A stretch of 63,760 nt of DNA, counting the filler, from Stramenopiles sp. TOSAG23-6 (Eukaryota), in NCBI GenBank assembly GCA_900128565.1. It is 9 parts of 9 records of this genome, joined end to end, with 100 filler letters (N's around TTAATTAATTAA, not from the genome) between each part and the next. Parts side by side here need not be neighbours in the genome. Positions count along the whole stretch, not along the records: positions 23,332 to 34,752 come from LT636259.1; positions 34,853 to 46,267 come from LT636260.1; 7 more parts are not named here. The stretch is one strand, 5' to 3'. Below are positions 25,000 to 38,048 of this stretch, piece after piece. The position numbers and the translations under genes are program-made. Below the pieces are notes generated by a model. It had not been told where the DNA came from. It saw nothing but the letters and a program-made list of their open reading frames with translations, and made no database searches. Every line of letters starts with the position of its first letter. Within the stretch, counting starts at the first letter, position 1.

Positions 25000-27900
25000 A
25001 TGGTTCCTAATTGGATAAAAAAGGGAATACGAAAACGTCCTTACTCTGAAGTTGCTGGAGTTGTGAATGGAACTCTTCCTCAGGAAAGTGGACCTCCCAT
25101 AACGCCCGATCATATGTCCATCAAAGAACTATCCACGAAATCGTCAAGTGCGATACAAATAAATGATGAAAATGTAAATTCTCGAAATATTCAGGTGGTT
25201 CAATCTAAGAATGTGTCTAAAAAAAAAGGAAAAAAGCGTAAAAAACAGACAGTCGAAGAAAAGAAAAATTTCGCCGAACGCATGGCAAAAGGCAGAGCAG
25301 AAAAACGACGCAAGCAAGCAGCGCAGACAGCAATTGATGAATTAAACAAAGACGTCTCTGAAATTGTAGATGAGAGTGAAGTAAATGAAGAAGAGGAATG
25401 CGTCGGTAATCGTAGAAGTTCGCGTTCTCGAGTATCCAGGTATATGCAAATTGACGGACAAACTGTTTTGAAAGCAAATAATTATACAATGGAACAAGGG
25501 GAACTTTCAGTGTATTCGCGTGAAGCTCGAGGTACGTTTGATGCATCCTCAAATGATATTAAGAGACCTGTTCGAAATGCATATATGCTATTTATGTCAG
25601 AATTTGAAGCCCCAACAGAAGACAATAGACCTTATATACAGCAAGCTTCGGAAACATGGCAAGGTCTTTCAGATGCTAAGAGAATGGAATTTAAACGCCG
25701 TCACCAACAAATGGAAGAAAAATGGTTAGAAACGGTTGAAAATAATAAAAGAAAAGCTCAAGAAAAAATAGCTGCAGAAAAATTAGCCGATCAAAATAGG
25801 CAAATTTTAGCAAATAAACAACGCGACGAAGAATGGCAAAAACTAAATGAAAAACGCAAAATGAGTAAAGCTGCAAAAATGAAGGCACAAGGTAAAGATC
25901 GTGTGTTTGATCTGAGTACTATAGAAGGTCGTCGCCTTAAGCATAATAAATCAATGAAAGCTGAACGAGAGTCAGTTATTGCTCTACGGAATACAGTTTT
26001 TGCATATTATCGAAATAATCTCAAAGGATTTACTGAAAATATCCCTCATGCCCTTTCAACATCTGAGTATGATGTAATGACGGCAGGGCTCGTGGATACT
26101 GAAGGCGCCCCATGTGTATCTCAACCAAGTATTATTGTTAATGGTACTATGAGAAATTATCAATTGAAAAGTTTGGAATGGCTACTTTGGATGTATGTAC
26201 GTTTTCATCAGAAATTTCAATTTTATTTATTTTCATACGAAATTTCGTACCTAACAAATTTTATAAAAAAAATATTTTTTCACAATATATGATCATGGTA
26301 TGAATCCAATTCTCGCTGATGAAATGGGATTAGGTAAAACGTTGCAGACAATTGCATATTTAGCTGCATTAAAAGAGAGGGGCGTGTGTGGTCCACATGT
26401 ACGTTTTCATTATGAATTTCTAATGTATTTTTGTTTCATATGAAATTTTGTAATTAATGATTTTTTTGATTTTTTTGTTTTTCACAATACATCTTGTTGT
26501 TGTGCCATTGAGCGTAATGAGTTCATGGATGAGTGAGTTTCGTCGTTGGTGTCCATCGCTACGTGTAGTTCGCTTGCATTCACAAGACAAACATGAAAGA
26601 ATGCGTTTGCGTACATTTTCAAAATTGAAATTCGTTTTTTTTTTTATCATATAAAATTTTGTATCTAACCAAAAAAATCAAATATTTGAAATATTTTCCT
26701 ACAATATATGTACCCATGTAATTGCCGATGTCAAGAATTATGACGTCATTGTAACTACATATGATTATGTTAAAGTGAAGGAAATGAGACACACTTTGAG
26801 TTCTCGCATAGCTTGGAGATGTCTTGTACTTGACGAGGGTCACAAACTGAAAAATGATGAAGCTGAAATTAGCCTGGCAATGCGACGTGTTAATTGTCAA
26901 TCAATACTATTATTAACTGGAACTCCTTTGCAAAATAATTTACATGAGTTATGGTCTCTATTGAATTTTTTATACCCTAAAATATTTCCCGAATCGATTG
27001 CATTTGATGACGCATTTAGTTTAAATGGTTCCCAGATGCAAATTAAACGAGACGTATTGTCAAGAGCACATCATCTTATGGTTCCTCTAATGTTACGCCG
27101 TGTGAAACATGAAGTCGAAACTATGCTTCCTCCAAGAGTTGAAACAATTATCAAATGTCCATTGAGTGAAATGCAGAATTTTTGGTATAAACGTTTGTTG
27201 TTGAAGAATTCTGCCATGTTACAAGGATTGGAAGAAAGACAAATTTTAAAAGAGAAGGGGGAAAATGTCGGACAAAACTCTGGTGGTGAATGGAAAAAAT
27301 TGAAAAGTTTAATGATGCAACTTAGGAAATGTTGTAATCATCCATTTCTATTTCCTAATGTTGAAAATACACTTGCAGATGCTGATGAATTGATCAACGA
27401 AGATGGTGCTGCAAATGAATCAATCGTAAAAGCATCTGGAAAAATGGAGAACTTGGATCGTTTGCTTACTGGGTTGTTTGCAAATGGTCATCGTGTAGTC
27501 ATATTTTCACAATTTACAAGATTTTTAGATATTGTAGATGATTATCTTCAACTTCGTGGCTATCAATTCGCAAGACTAGATGGAGGAACAAATCGCGTAC
27601 AACGTATGGTCGACATACAAGAGTTCAATAAACCTAATTCTCCATTAGTTGCATTCATTATGAGCACAAAAGCAGGTGGTTTGGGTGTAAATCTTCAGAC
27701 TGCTGATACAGTTATTCTTCTAGATAGTGATTGGAATCCACAAAATGATTTGCAAGCGATGGCTAGAGTTCATCGTATTGGTCAGACTAAGTTGTGTCAT
27801 GTATATCGTATGGTAAGTTCCGGTACGATGGAAGAACGAATTGTACAACGTGCTCAAAAGAAATTATTTCTAGATACAATGGTCAATCGTGGTTCCACCT

Positions 27901-29547
27901 CTAATGCTAAAGCGGTAGAAAAATTAGGTAGCAAAGAACTTCTTGAAGCTTTGTCCTTTGGTGTAGAGCGATTGTTTGACAAGAAAAATGATAATGATTC
28001 ATTGGAGAAAGATAGATATTTGAGTGAAAGTGAGGTAGCTTCTATAATTGACCGTTCAAAAACAAAAGAATCTGTGAAAATCTCAGTTAATAATGAAGAT
28101 GATAATACTAATGATGTATCTGAAAGTTCATCTACAGCAACTACGATGAAATCTTCGTCAGTGAGTCTACAAAGTGGTCAGCGCCAAACTCTTGCATCAT
28201 ATGATGAAGTCGCACCAATGACAAAATTAACATTTTTTCAAGGACAAGATTTCCGTGCTGGGGGTGTTGCTACATATAAAGATATGGCAGATGCTTGGGT
28301 CGAAGAACTTAAATCTAAGCGGAAAGCGCGTGAAAGAAAGTCTAGATATATGCAAATTGATGGACAAACTGTTTTGAAAGCAAATAACTATACGATGAAT
28401 CAAGGGGAACCTTCTGTGTTTCATCAAGAAAATAGAAAAAATAAAGACGAACAAGTAGCTATCGTTGCTCAAACTGGTCCACAACGTGCTGGTCGTGATT
28501 ATGAGCATGAATCACAGTGTTTGTATTGTTGGGACGGTGGTGATTTAGTGTGTTGTGATGGGTGTCCTGCTTCTTTTCACTTAGAATGTTTAGGATTATC
28601 AAAAGCTTCTTTAGATAATATGAAATTTCAATGGTACGTTTTCATATTGAATTTCAAATTTTGTTTTTATACCAAATTCTGTACCTAACGATTTTCGGAT
28701 TTTACATTTTTTTTCACATTACATGTATTGTCCTCATCACTCATGTATAGAATGTGGTCGCAAGGCTGCTGCGGTAGGTGGTCTTATTTTCCGATGTGAG
28801 GTTTGTCCTACTAGTTATTGCGAGGATCATTTACCTGATATTGCACGAAATAACATTACAAACAAATGTAAAAGATTTCAAAATCTCGGCCAAAATCATC
28901 CGAAACAAGCTTGTTTTGTGCTTTGTTCTGAAAAATGTCAAATCTTCCACAAGGCAACAAATGGTGGTTCTAATTTAAGTATTTTTAATACTTTGGAAAA
29001 TAAGGAGAAAGCAATGCGGAACGCAGAACGAGATTTAAAGAAAGAGAAACAGAAAAAAACTCGTGATGCGTTGGCATGGCATAAAACAAAATCAGACGAA
29101 CGCAAACAATGGTATGGCAACAGCACATCTGATAAATTTGACAGTACAAATAGTAAAAATAAATCGTCTGAGTCTTCATTGATAAAAACAGAAGAAAATA
29201 CAGAATGTTATAAAAAAACTCGTTCAAAATCATTATTAAATGAAAATCGGTGGTTCAAAGGTATGCGATTAAAAGTTGATTATATGGGTAGACAATATTC
29301 CGCTAAAGTAGTTCGAACATCTAAAACTGCTTTGTATGTAAAGTATAGTGATGGATCACAAGAGGATATCTTATGGGAAGATGTCGAGGAGCGGGTTATT
29401 AAAGTCCCTGTAAAAAAGAAATCTGAAAATGTCATTTTGCCTCCACAAGACGAAATTAAAAATGAAGACAATCAAATAAATTTCATTTTGCCTCCACAAG
29501 ACGAAATTAAAAATGAAGACAATCAAATAAGTATACACGATTTATAA
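25000..29547 (+). CDS. SNF2-family chromatin remodelling ATPase with HMG box, PHD fingers and Tudor-like C-terminus; 5 exons
   Basis: [11 protein letters not shown] (HMG); [95 protein letters not shown]. Confidence 0.93.
26197..26290 (+). other. GT-AT family intron (94 nt)
   Basis: tat|GTACGT...CACAATATAT|gat gives [23 protein letters not shown]. Confidence 0.9.
26399..26492 (+). other. GT-AT family intron (94 nt)
   Basis: cat|GTACGT...CACAATACAT|ctt gives [10 protein letters not shown]. Confidence 0.9.
26611..26709 (+). other. GT-AT family intron (99 nt)
   Basis: c|GTACAT...TACAATATAT|gt gives [23 protein letters not shown]. Confidence 0.85.
28634..28724 (+). other. GT-AT family intron (91 nt)
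   Basis: tg|GTACGT...CACATTACAT|g gives FQ-W-YCPHHSC. Confidence 0.9.
29433..29529 (+). repeat. 45-bp tandem duplication at the SNF2 3' end
   Basis: cattttgcctccacaagacgaaattaaaaatgaagacaatcaaat x2 ([15 protein letters not shown]). Confidence 0.9.
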
Positions 29548-30322
29548 TTGGCAACACTTGTTTCTCTCCATTATTTTCACTCGCACTAGTAATTTTGCTT
29601 TCTTGTTGTTGCTGTTGTTGTTCTTGTGGCAATGTTGATTTCACGTTTTCGAAAGCTCTTATTTTCTTTAATGGTGATAGTGGTGTTTGTGGTATTGATT
29701 GTTTTTGTTTTGTACAATTAGGAGTTTGTAAGGAACCAATAGCCGTCTTTATCCATTGCGTAACTTCAAGTACTTTCTTTTTATGGACTGCTAATGCTGA
29801 ACAAGTTTGAGGCGCAAATTTATCAACCCAAAGATCATGTTTTTGTTGTTGATTTTGTAGTTTTGAGGGAAATATCGGTATTTTTCTTTTTCTACTTTGG
29901 TATGTTACATCCCTATGTCCTAGTGATTTTGTTTGTTTCAAAAAAGAAGGGTTTCTGTGTTTCAAGTCATTCTCTATTTTTGGATGTTTCTTTGTAAACT
30001 CTTCATTGATTTTTTTCCTATCTTGTTTCACAACCACACCTCTTGAAGGACTTTTCATGGTGCCTCTAACAGCATTATGCATCGTTCGATGGGAATTAGT
30101 ATCTATACTTTTTTTGGCTCTCTTTCGAGGTTGTGAACCTGATTGACATTTTGTAGAAAGCAAAGCACGTCTTGAACTACTTCGGGTGTTTTTAGAGACA
30201 CTTTCTGCACCATTTGCAAACCAATCGATAGCATCCTCGATATTCTTGAATCGCAACGACGCATGCTTGGACTTTTCGGCATCGAATCCCATAGCGAGTA
30301 ATTCGCTGAGAATATTCGGCAT
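29507..30322 (-). CDS. UBA domain plus RAD17-like N-terminus, apparently truncated before the ATPase domain
   Basis: LLAMGF...AIDW (UBA); LWVDKFAPQTCSALAVHKKKVLEVTQWI (RAD17 N-terminal motif); no Walker A. Confidence 0.6.
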   Translation of the reverse strand: MPNILSELLAMGFDAEKSKHASLRFKNIEDAIDWFANGAESVSKNTRSSSRRALLSTKCQSGSQPRKRAKKSIDTNSHRTMHNAVRGTMKSPSRGVVVKQDRKKINEEFTKKHPKIENDLKHRNPSFLKQTKSLGHRDVTYQSRKRKIPIFPSKLQNQQQKHDLWVDKFAPQTCSALAVHKKKVLEVTQWIKTAIGSLQTPNCTKQKQSIPQTPLSPLKKIRAFENVKSTLPQEQQQQQQESKITSASENNGEKQVLPIINRVYLFDCLHF

Positions 30323-30557
30323 TTTGTTGAAAAATTCAATAATATGGATGAAGAAATATTCTTTTCTGACCTGACCAGTCTGTAAAATTTTGCGATTGAT
30401 ACCCCTAACCCTAGCTAGGCCTAGAATATTTATACGCAGATGCATAATATTATAATTTGATGCGCCGTTAAAACGTTTTTGAGAATTGATCTTGAGTAAC
30501 TGTTGATCGGTTAAAAGCAACGAAAAACGGTTCAAAGAAGCCAGAAGTTCACATAAA

Positions 30558-31475
30558 ATGAAAATACGTCCTATATTGGCACAACCATGTACAAGTTCAG
30601 AGACTGAACTAGAATTAGGATTGGGTTATTATCACGGCGACGGTGTTAAAAGGAATTATGAGTCGTCATTTCGTTGGTTTGAAAACGCTGCTAATTTGAA
30701 CAATTCTGATGCTATGTTTATTTTAGCTTATCTATATACAAACGGAATTGGTATATCAAAGAGTAAACATTGTGCATCAGTTTTGCTGAAAAGGGCCAGC
30801 ATGCAAGGTCATACTTTAGCAGAAGATATTCTAAAACATATTTCTAAGAGTGATAATTTAATATCTACCATATTTGAAAGGTACACAAAAGCAAAAAAAG
30901 GTCTACCCAGTGGACAGTGTATGCTTGGTGTCTGCTCATACTACGGTATTAATAATACCCCACAGAACTATAGTACTGCAACAGCATGGTTCACTAAAGC
31001 AGCAAATGCAGGATATGCTTATGCTCAGCTTCGATTAGGAATATGTTATGAAAATGGGCATGGCGTGCATGAAAATTATAAAGAAGCTGTCCATTGGTAC
31101 AAGGCTTCTGCTTGGCAAAATAATGCTGAAGCTCAATATAAGCTTGGTAAATGTTTTTATCACGGTCATGGTGTAGAAAAATGTTATAAAACTGCAATTT
31201 CTTGGTATAAAAATGCCGCAGAAAACAAACACGAAAAATCATTTTTAGAATTAGCGTATTGTTGTGTGCTTGGCCATGGTTTGAAGCAGTGCTTTAGCAA
31301 TACCTTCCATTGGATACAGAAAGCAGCCAATGCAGGTTCTCCGGAAGCTCAGTATAAACTTGGGATTTGTTATTATGATGGTATTGGTGTGAATATAAAT
31401 TACAAATTAGCATTAGAATGGCACAAAAGAGCATCAAAACAAAATATTAGTTCAATGAAAAAGAGTCAATTTTAA
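30558..31475 (+). CDS. Sel1-repeat protein
   Basis: Repeated AQYxLGxCYxxGxGV...AxxWYxKAA. Confidence 0.92.
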   Translation: MKIRPILAQPCTSSETELELGLGYYHGDGVKRNYESSFRWFENAANLNNSDAMFILAYLYTNGIGISKSKHCASVLLKRASMQGHTLAEDILKHISKSDNLISTIFERYTKAKKGLPSGQCMLGVCSYYGINNTPQNYSTATAWFTKAANAGYAYAQLRLGICYENGHGVHENYKEAVHWYKASAWQNNAEAQYKLGKCFYHGHGVEKCYKTAISWYKNAAENKHEKSFLELAYCCVLGHGLKQCFSNTFHWIQKAANAGSPEAQYKLGICYYDGIGVNINYKLALEWHKRASKQNISSMKKSQF

Positions 31476-31476
31476 T

Positions 31477-33058
31477 TTAGTGTTTATTGGTATAACAAAT
31501 CTCGCACGTAAGAAAATTTTGTTGATTATAAAATGTACAACTGGGACAATTCCATCCTTTCTCTGTATTTAAATCATCTCTTCCTTTCTCTGTATTTAAA
31601 TCATCCCTTCTTTTCTCCGTATTTAAATCATCCCTTGTTTGCACCGATTGCGATATTACACAGTTTACTGTAGTTTTTTTTTGGAACACATTTGTTTTTG
31701 CACTATCATTTGTTTTTGTTCTATTAAATTTCTTTCGTTGATTTTTTTTTTTTTTTTTTTCGGGTAACTTTAGGTTTTGTATCTTGTTTTGTTTCGCTAT
31801 ATGTTTTATCTTTTTTTGTTAAAGTTTCAGTATTTATCTCATTATCCAATCGGTTACAAAGTTTAATATTTTTTATTGAATTTATTTGTCTCGGGTTCAT
31901 TTGTTGTTTTCTAAGTTGTTTTTGTTGTTTTTGTATTTCATTAGTAATTTTAATAACTTCATTGTCCCACTTTTGTTCTTTACGTTTATTTAAATTATGA
32001 GTAGTGCTACAGCTTACATTATTTAGTACATCAAGTCCAAGATATTGTTCAGGTGTTGACAACTTTGAAGATAAAGTTTTAGCAACAACTCGATCAATAC
32101 TACATGCTAAAAATGAACTGACATTATTGTATGTAATTGGTATGGCACATACTGGACAAGGTACCGAATCTTCTATTTTGCCGTTGTTTAGTTTGATAAC
32201 GGTATCCATTGAAGCATTCAATTCGTTTTGAAGTTTATTTGTCTTCCATAAAAGATCTTTGTGCTGACTACGGATCAATTTCAGTTCTTTGCGTTCATTC
32301 GCCAATACTACAGAAAATTTTGATATTTCAGTCTCATAATTGTGACGTTCTATATACTCTACCTTTGTTAAAATACCTTTCAATGCCATATTTGCTGCAA
32401 GTTTTGTTTTTAATATTTCATGTTTTTTTTCTAGACTTTTGACTCTTTTCCCTGCAGAATTCAATTTTTTTTTCTCTTCTTTGAGTTTTGACAGAGACAA
32501 CTGCACACGTGATTCTAAAGTAAAATCAAAATTTTTTTTTGTGTAGGAACGAATAATACAACGTCGCCACCAATCAGCGACACAATCGTGGTGCATACTA
32601 TGAAAACAACCCGTCGGACGAAATGTTTCAGAAATATTTAACTTCTCCAGGCATATACAACAAATACCAGCAACATTATTCTCAGTCAACAACTCCCGCG
32701 TACGTTCAACGAGCTGAATTATACTTGGTGTTTGATCTGATGCTAGGTCAGACGATAAAGCCGCAAGTTCATTCTCAAGTGAGTTCACTACAGAGCCATC
32801 AAGACCTCGAGTGCGCTGTAGTCGACACTGGACTGCCCCACGATAAGGGTAACTTTCTGGTAATTCTAAGCAAAGAAAAGCCTCAACAAACATTTTATCA
32901 ACACAACCCTCTGTATCTGGACGGAGATGGACTGTCACAGATGTACTAGTTACACCAGAAGAACTAGCATAGGAGGAAAGCGTGCAATCCTCACCCACAT
33001 AACCCATATAAGTGAGCATTTCAAGCTCCATTTGCACGTCTTCTGATGGTTCACACAT
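31477..33058 (-). CDS. RWD-RING E3 ligase (RNF25-like) with C-terminal RanBP2 zinc finger; frameshift in a poly-A run
   Basis: ELEML..LPESYP (RWD); CCIC..CFHSMHHDC..coiled coil..CPVC; WNCPSCTFYN..CEIC in the downstream frame. Confidence 0.8.
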
Positions 33059-33414
33059 GCGGCTATCACAATTGCATTCGATAATACAAAGTTCTTACAA
33101 TTATTACTCGATGACGTTTGGCGGATAATCGCGTGTGATAATTATATAGGTGCTAGCACTAGCCTATTTTAATAGAAAATAGACTCTTAGTGTTCCAGTT
33201 AGGTTCACGTATCTAGCCTATACAAGTATTTATACATACACCTCCATGGCGATGGGTCCGTATTGTCCGTAAGCATGCCAATGTAGTTGATGTCATCATT
33301 GTCACTGAACAGAAATTTTTTTGATGTGTTGAGACATCGACATCAATGCGAATAAATTCGAAATTCGGGAGGGGGTTTAAAAAAAAAAATTCATTTGAAA
33401 TCATGTACATTTTT

Positions 33415-34752
33415 TTATTCCCAAATGAAAATACCTTTACCAGAGTTAAAAACAAAGTCTGCACCATCAATACGTACTATACCAGCATGTAAATTACAAA
33501 TCCAACGATGTGATATATTCTCTTGAGTAGGTTGCATTTGTTGTTTAATAAATTTTGACGAATTTNNNNNNNNNNNNNNNNNNNNNNNNNNNNNNNNNNN
33601 NNNNNNNNNNNNNNNNNNNNNNNNNNNNNNNNNNNNNNNNNNNNNNNNNNNNNNNNNNNNNNNNNNNNNNNNNNNNNNNNNNNNNNNNNNNNNNNNNNNN
33701 NNCATCACTACAATCATAATCTGAGCCAATTACAACATCATCATCAACTCCATCATTATCACTATTATTTTCATTCTTATTATTCACAACACACTTTGCT
33801 TTACTTTTTTCAAGTAAAACAGACAAATTATTTGATTTATTTACTTTTGTATTTGAACAAGATATATGTGAATATACTTCATTCATAAAAGAATCATCAA
33901 ATTCAGTTGATAATTTTGTTTCTATGTCTTTTGTATCCAGAATACCATCACTCGGAGGGGTAGAATTGAGTAAATTTGAAATTGAATCCGCACTAAATTT
34001 TGTACCTAATGAATTTTCAAGATGCTCACCCACATCGTTCATGAAATTATCTGTAGTACAAAGGGACGAAGATACATTTGAAACTTCATTTTTGATATGT
34101 AAAGGAATTGGTAATGGGATCGGTAAAGGAAGTGGATGAATTACATTCTGAACATGAAAAGGCATACTGATAGAATTATCTATCAAAGGTACAGCTATAG
34201 CTGTATTGTTTAATAAAGGTTGCGCATTATTACATGCAACTATATTATGGTTGCAATTTGTACCATTTTTCGAATACGTTTCGACAGTTGGAATGGAACG
34301 ACGCGAACGCTTTGCCATTTGAAAGCCCGACACGGGGGGAGAAGATTTATTGTTAGTAGNNNNNNNNNNNNNNNNNNNNACTCATTCAATAGTTTTCGCT
34401 TTCTTGTTATAAAGGGTTGTGTTGGATTAACTCTACCAGAGGGATCAACTACACGTTCATCTGACATCATTAATAACTTGCTAAACGTATTAACATTTTG
34501 GATACCCGATAAATTCGACGCATCGTTACGTTTTGAAAAAACACTAGTAGTAGGGTCACACTTTGAAGTGATTGTTTGATCACCGGGTATCAAGGACCTG
34601 AGGTTATAGTCACGTTCACAGTGCTCACTGAAATTCTTAACCCATAAGCTTCTTAATCGAAGAATGGTCTTTTCATTATGGCCTGCGGATTCAAGAAGAG
34701 GACCCACAGCTATCAGTACACGGTCAATGACACGGGCATACAAAACTCGTGT
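33415..34752 (-). CDS. GTF2A1: Transcription factor IIA large subunit (alpha/beta), gapped
   Basis: N-terminal YARVIDRVL...LRSLW; C-terminal WICNLHAGIVRIDGADFVF..GIFIW. Confidence 0.75.
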
Positions 34753-34852
34753 NNNNNNNNNNNNNNNNNNNNNNNNNNNNNNNNNNNNNNNNNNNNTTAA
34801 TTAATTAANNNNNNNNNNNNNNNNNNNNNNNNNNNNNNNNNNNNNNNNNNNN

Positions 34853-37800
34853 GGAAGATAATAGGAAATTCTTCCCAGGAAAGGTGAAGTCTATGAATGG
34901 AGATGGAACATTCAATATTGTATTTGATGATGGCGATGAAACTAACAAATTAGAACGAAAGTTTATAAAGATTTTAGATGAGGATTTACCATCCCCTTCT
35001 CCGGCGCCGGACAATAGTATTGCAGATACAAGTGGTGCATTATTCTCAACTGACCCTAAAGTTGCTGTCAATGACACAAAAGCGGATGCTATTTTCACTG
35101 CTGGAGATCTAGATGGCGATGAAATCTGGAATCTCGAAGAAGCTAATAGGGTTAATCAAATACTTGGTGAGGACCCAATGAATGCAGACGATTTCAAAGA
35201 ACTTTGTCTCGTTGTTGGTTGTCATGATACTGGTGGTATAACAAAAGATGGCGTGAGAAAAATGTTTTCGATGCAAGAAGGTACTTCAGAACTTGATAAT
35301 GCATACAAATTATTGGTATTGTCGTCTTCTAAAGCTGGTCAATATATCGAAGGGGCAAAAGTTGAAGCCCAGTTTGGTAGTGAAACTGGTGAATGGTTTA
35401 AGGGTAAAATTGATCGTGTAAACAATGATGGTACATTCGATATTTTATATGATGATGGTGATCGTGAAAGAGTTGTCCAAAAACATCGAATTCGTTTGAA
35501 AGAGACAGCAAATACCGATATATCTTCAAAAGATATAGAGGATGATATAAATAGTGATGGAGTGTTCAAAGAGGGTGATGCAGTAGAAGCGATGTATGGT
35601 GACGGTGAAATTTGGTACCCTGCAACTATTACGAAAGTAAAACACGCGTCACAAGAAGACATTACTTATGATTTACTTTACAATGATAAGGATACTGAGA
35701 TAGGAGTCATACCCTCAAAGATCAGAGCGACTGAAAAATTATCTTTGCAAGCTGAGGACAAATTAATTGAGGAGCTCTTCACCGCAGGAGATCGTGATGG
35801 CGATAAAATTTGGAATCTTGAAGAAGCTAATCGAGTTAATGAAATCCTAGGNGANGCACCGATGAGTGAAAAAGATTTCGAAGAGCTTTGTGTATCGCTT
35901 GGTGATACCAGTGAGAAAGGAATGACAATCAATGGTGTGACTGAAATGTTTACCTCACAGCAAGACACTCAATCAGAACTTACTAGGGCTCGAAAACTTG
36001 TCATTGAAGCAATGAACGCAGCTGCTTTAGCCAAAGATCGAGGATATACTCTGGGTGATCGCATTGAAGCAAGGTTTGGCGGAGATGATACATATTACCC
36101 AGGAATTGTACAAGGTATAAATGATGACGGCACATTCGAGATTTTATATGATGATGGGGACAGTGAACCTACAGTTAAACATTTTTTATGAGACATCAAA
36201 GTGTGGTTGAGGATACTGGTGAGGATACAACGAATGGAAATTTGGGTACAGCAAACACAAACAAAAATGAGAAGGCCAGTAATTCATTGAATGAAAAGAA
36301 CTTCGTCGTTGGTACAGTCATTGAGGGTAATTATAATAGTGAAGGCAAATGGTTTAAAGGTAAAGTGGTCAATGTAAATGAAATTGACGGATCATTAAGG
36401 TACGACATTACATATGATGATGGTGATATTGAATCTGATGTTTCTAGCGAGAATATCCGATATCCTAAATTGGGTGGAGGTTTATTTACTGCATCACAAA
36501 AAGTTGAATGCAAGTATCAAGGAAGTGAAGAGTGGTATTCAGCATCAGTACTCTTGGCTAATACTGATGGCACTTATAATATTGCTTTCGATGATGGAGA
36601 TAGAGAAGATAATGTTCCATCTGAATTAATCCGTGCTCTTGATGATACACCCGAGGATAACGATTCGAATCTGACAAAGGATAATGAAAAGAAAGACCAG
36701 AAACAAGTTGACAAAACCAAAGAACCACAAGAGTTAGATGCAACTCCAGTGGAAGAAAACAAAGAACCACAAGAGTTAGATGCAACTCCAGTGGACGAAA
36801 ACAAAGAACCAGAAGATGCAGAGGAAACTCCAATGGACGAAAACAAAGAACCAGAAGATGCAGAGGAAGCTCCAATGGACGAAAACAAAGAAGCAGAAGA
36901 TGCAGAGGAAACTCTCATGGAAGAAAAAAAAGAAGCAGAAGATGCAGAGGAAACTTCAATTCAAGAAAGCAACCAGGAGGTAATTTCAGCCGATGAAGAC
37001 AAAAATTTAGAAGGTATGGAAACAGNGAAAGGAAATGAATTAGAATTTTCAGTTGGAGATTTAATAGAAGGTCAATATGATAAAGGCCCGGAGTGGTTTC
37101 CTGGTTCCATATCAGCAGTCAATAATGATGGTACGTATAATATAAAATATAGTGACGGTGATTCAGAAATGAATGTTCTAAAAGAGTACATTAGAGTACC
37201 ATTGGTAGGTGGTGGTTCATTTTCTGAAGGTGATCCTATAGAAGCATTATTCAGAGGAGAATCTGAGTGGTTTCCCGGAATGATATCTAAAGTGCATGAC
37301 AATAATACGTATGATATTATGTATTATGATGGCGATATAGAAGAACAAGTGGCTTCAACTCTAATTAGAATGTCGGATAATAATGCTGCTAAAGCAGCAC
37401 AGACTGCCGTTGCTAATTCCCCGAAAGCTAGTCAAGTACCTCCAGATGCAGATGAAGAATCCGAGGATGATGGTCCTCTTCTAGAAGGCTCCGCAGTGGA
37501 GGCATTATCCGGAGGCAATTGGGTTTCTGGTCAAATTAAAAATGTTCGCGAAAAGAAAGTAGAAGGAAAGGATGAAACTACAATTTCCACTTTTACATAT
37601 GACATTTTATTTGACGATGGAGAGCGTGAATCTAAGATGGATGCCAGCGATATCCGTGTTCTTTCAGCAGAGGATGCAGTTGCAGCTGCAGCTAACCTTG
37701 AAGGAAACAAAAAATACTTAGAAAATGGGATGTCAGTTGATGCTTTATATAACAAAGGAAATCGTTGGTTTGCTGGAAACGTAGGGAAGAAGAATGTACA

Positions 37801-38007
37801 TTTTCATCATTAATTTCAAATTTATTTTGTTCGTACGAAAATTTGTACCTAACAATTCTTTTTACTAAAAAAATATTTTTCACAATACATGAAAATGGTA
37901 CATATGAGATTGTGTATCATGATGGGGATATCGAAGAAGAAGTTCCACGAAATTTTATTAGATTATCATTAGGATCTAGACTGAAAATGATGTCCCAGGG
38001 TAAATGA
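34853..38007 (+). CDS. Large multi-Tudor/Agenet-like repeat protein with EF-hand-like inserts; 5' end off contig
   Basis: Many 'GxxVEAxY..WFxGxIxxVNxDGTYxIxYDDGDxE' repeats; probable 1-nt indel at ~36185; intron 37796-37890. Confidence 0.8.
36715..36960 (+). repeat. 39-bp coding minisatellite (KEPEDAEETPMDEN-like units)
   Basis: ~6 degenerate tandem units. Confidence 0.8.
37796..37890 (+). other. GT-AT family intron (95 nt)
   Basis: aat|GTACAT...CACAATACAT|gaa restores KKN-ENGTYEIVYHDGD. Confidence 0.88.
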
Positions 38008-38048
38008 TATAACACAATAAATTTAGTATTTACATTTTAGCCATTTTC

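Noticed and set aside
26397-26490. Reading the introns as U12-type AT-AC
   Set aside because: Works only where junction repeats allow sliding; fails for 26611, 28634, 44632, 44909 and 15195, and the ATATCCTT donor is absent.
31740-36191. Programmed frameshifts at ~31750 and ~36185
   Set aside because: Both lie in homopolymer runs; assembly indels are more likely.
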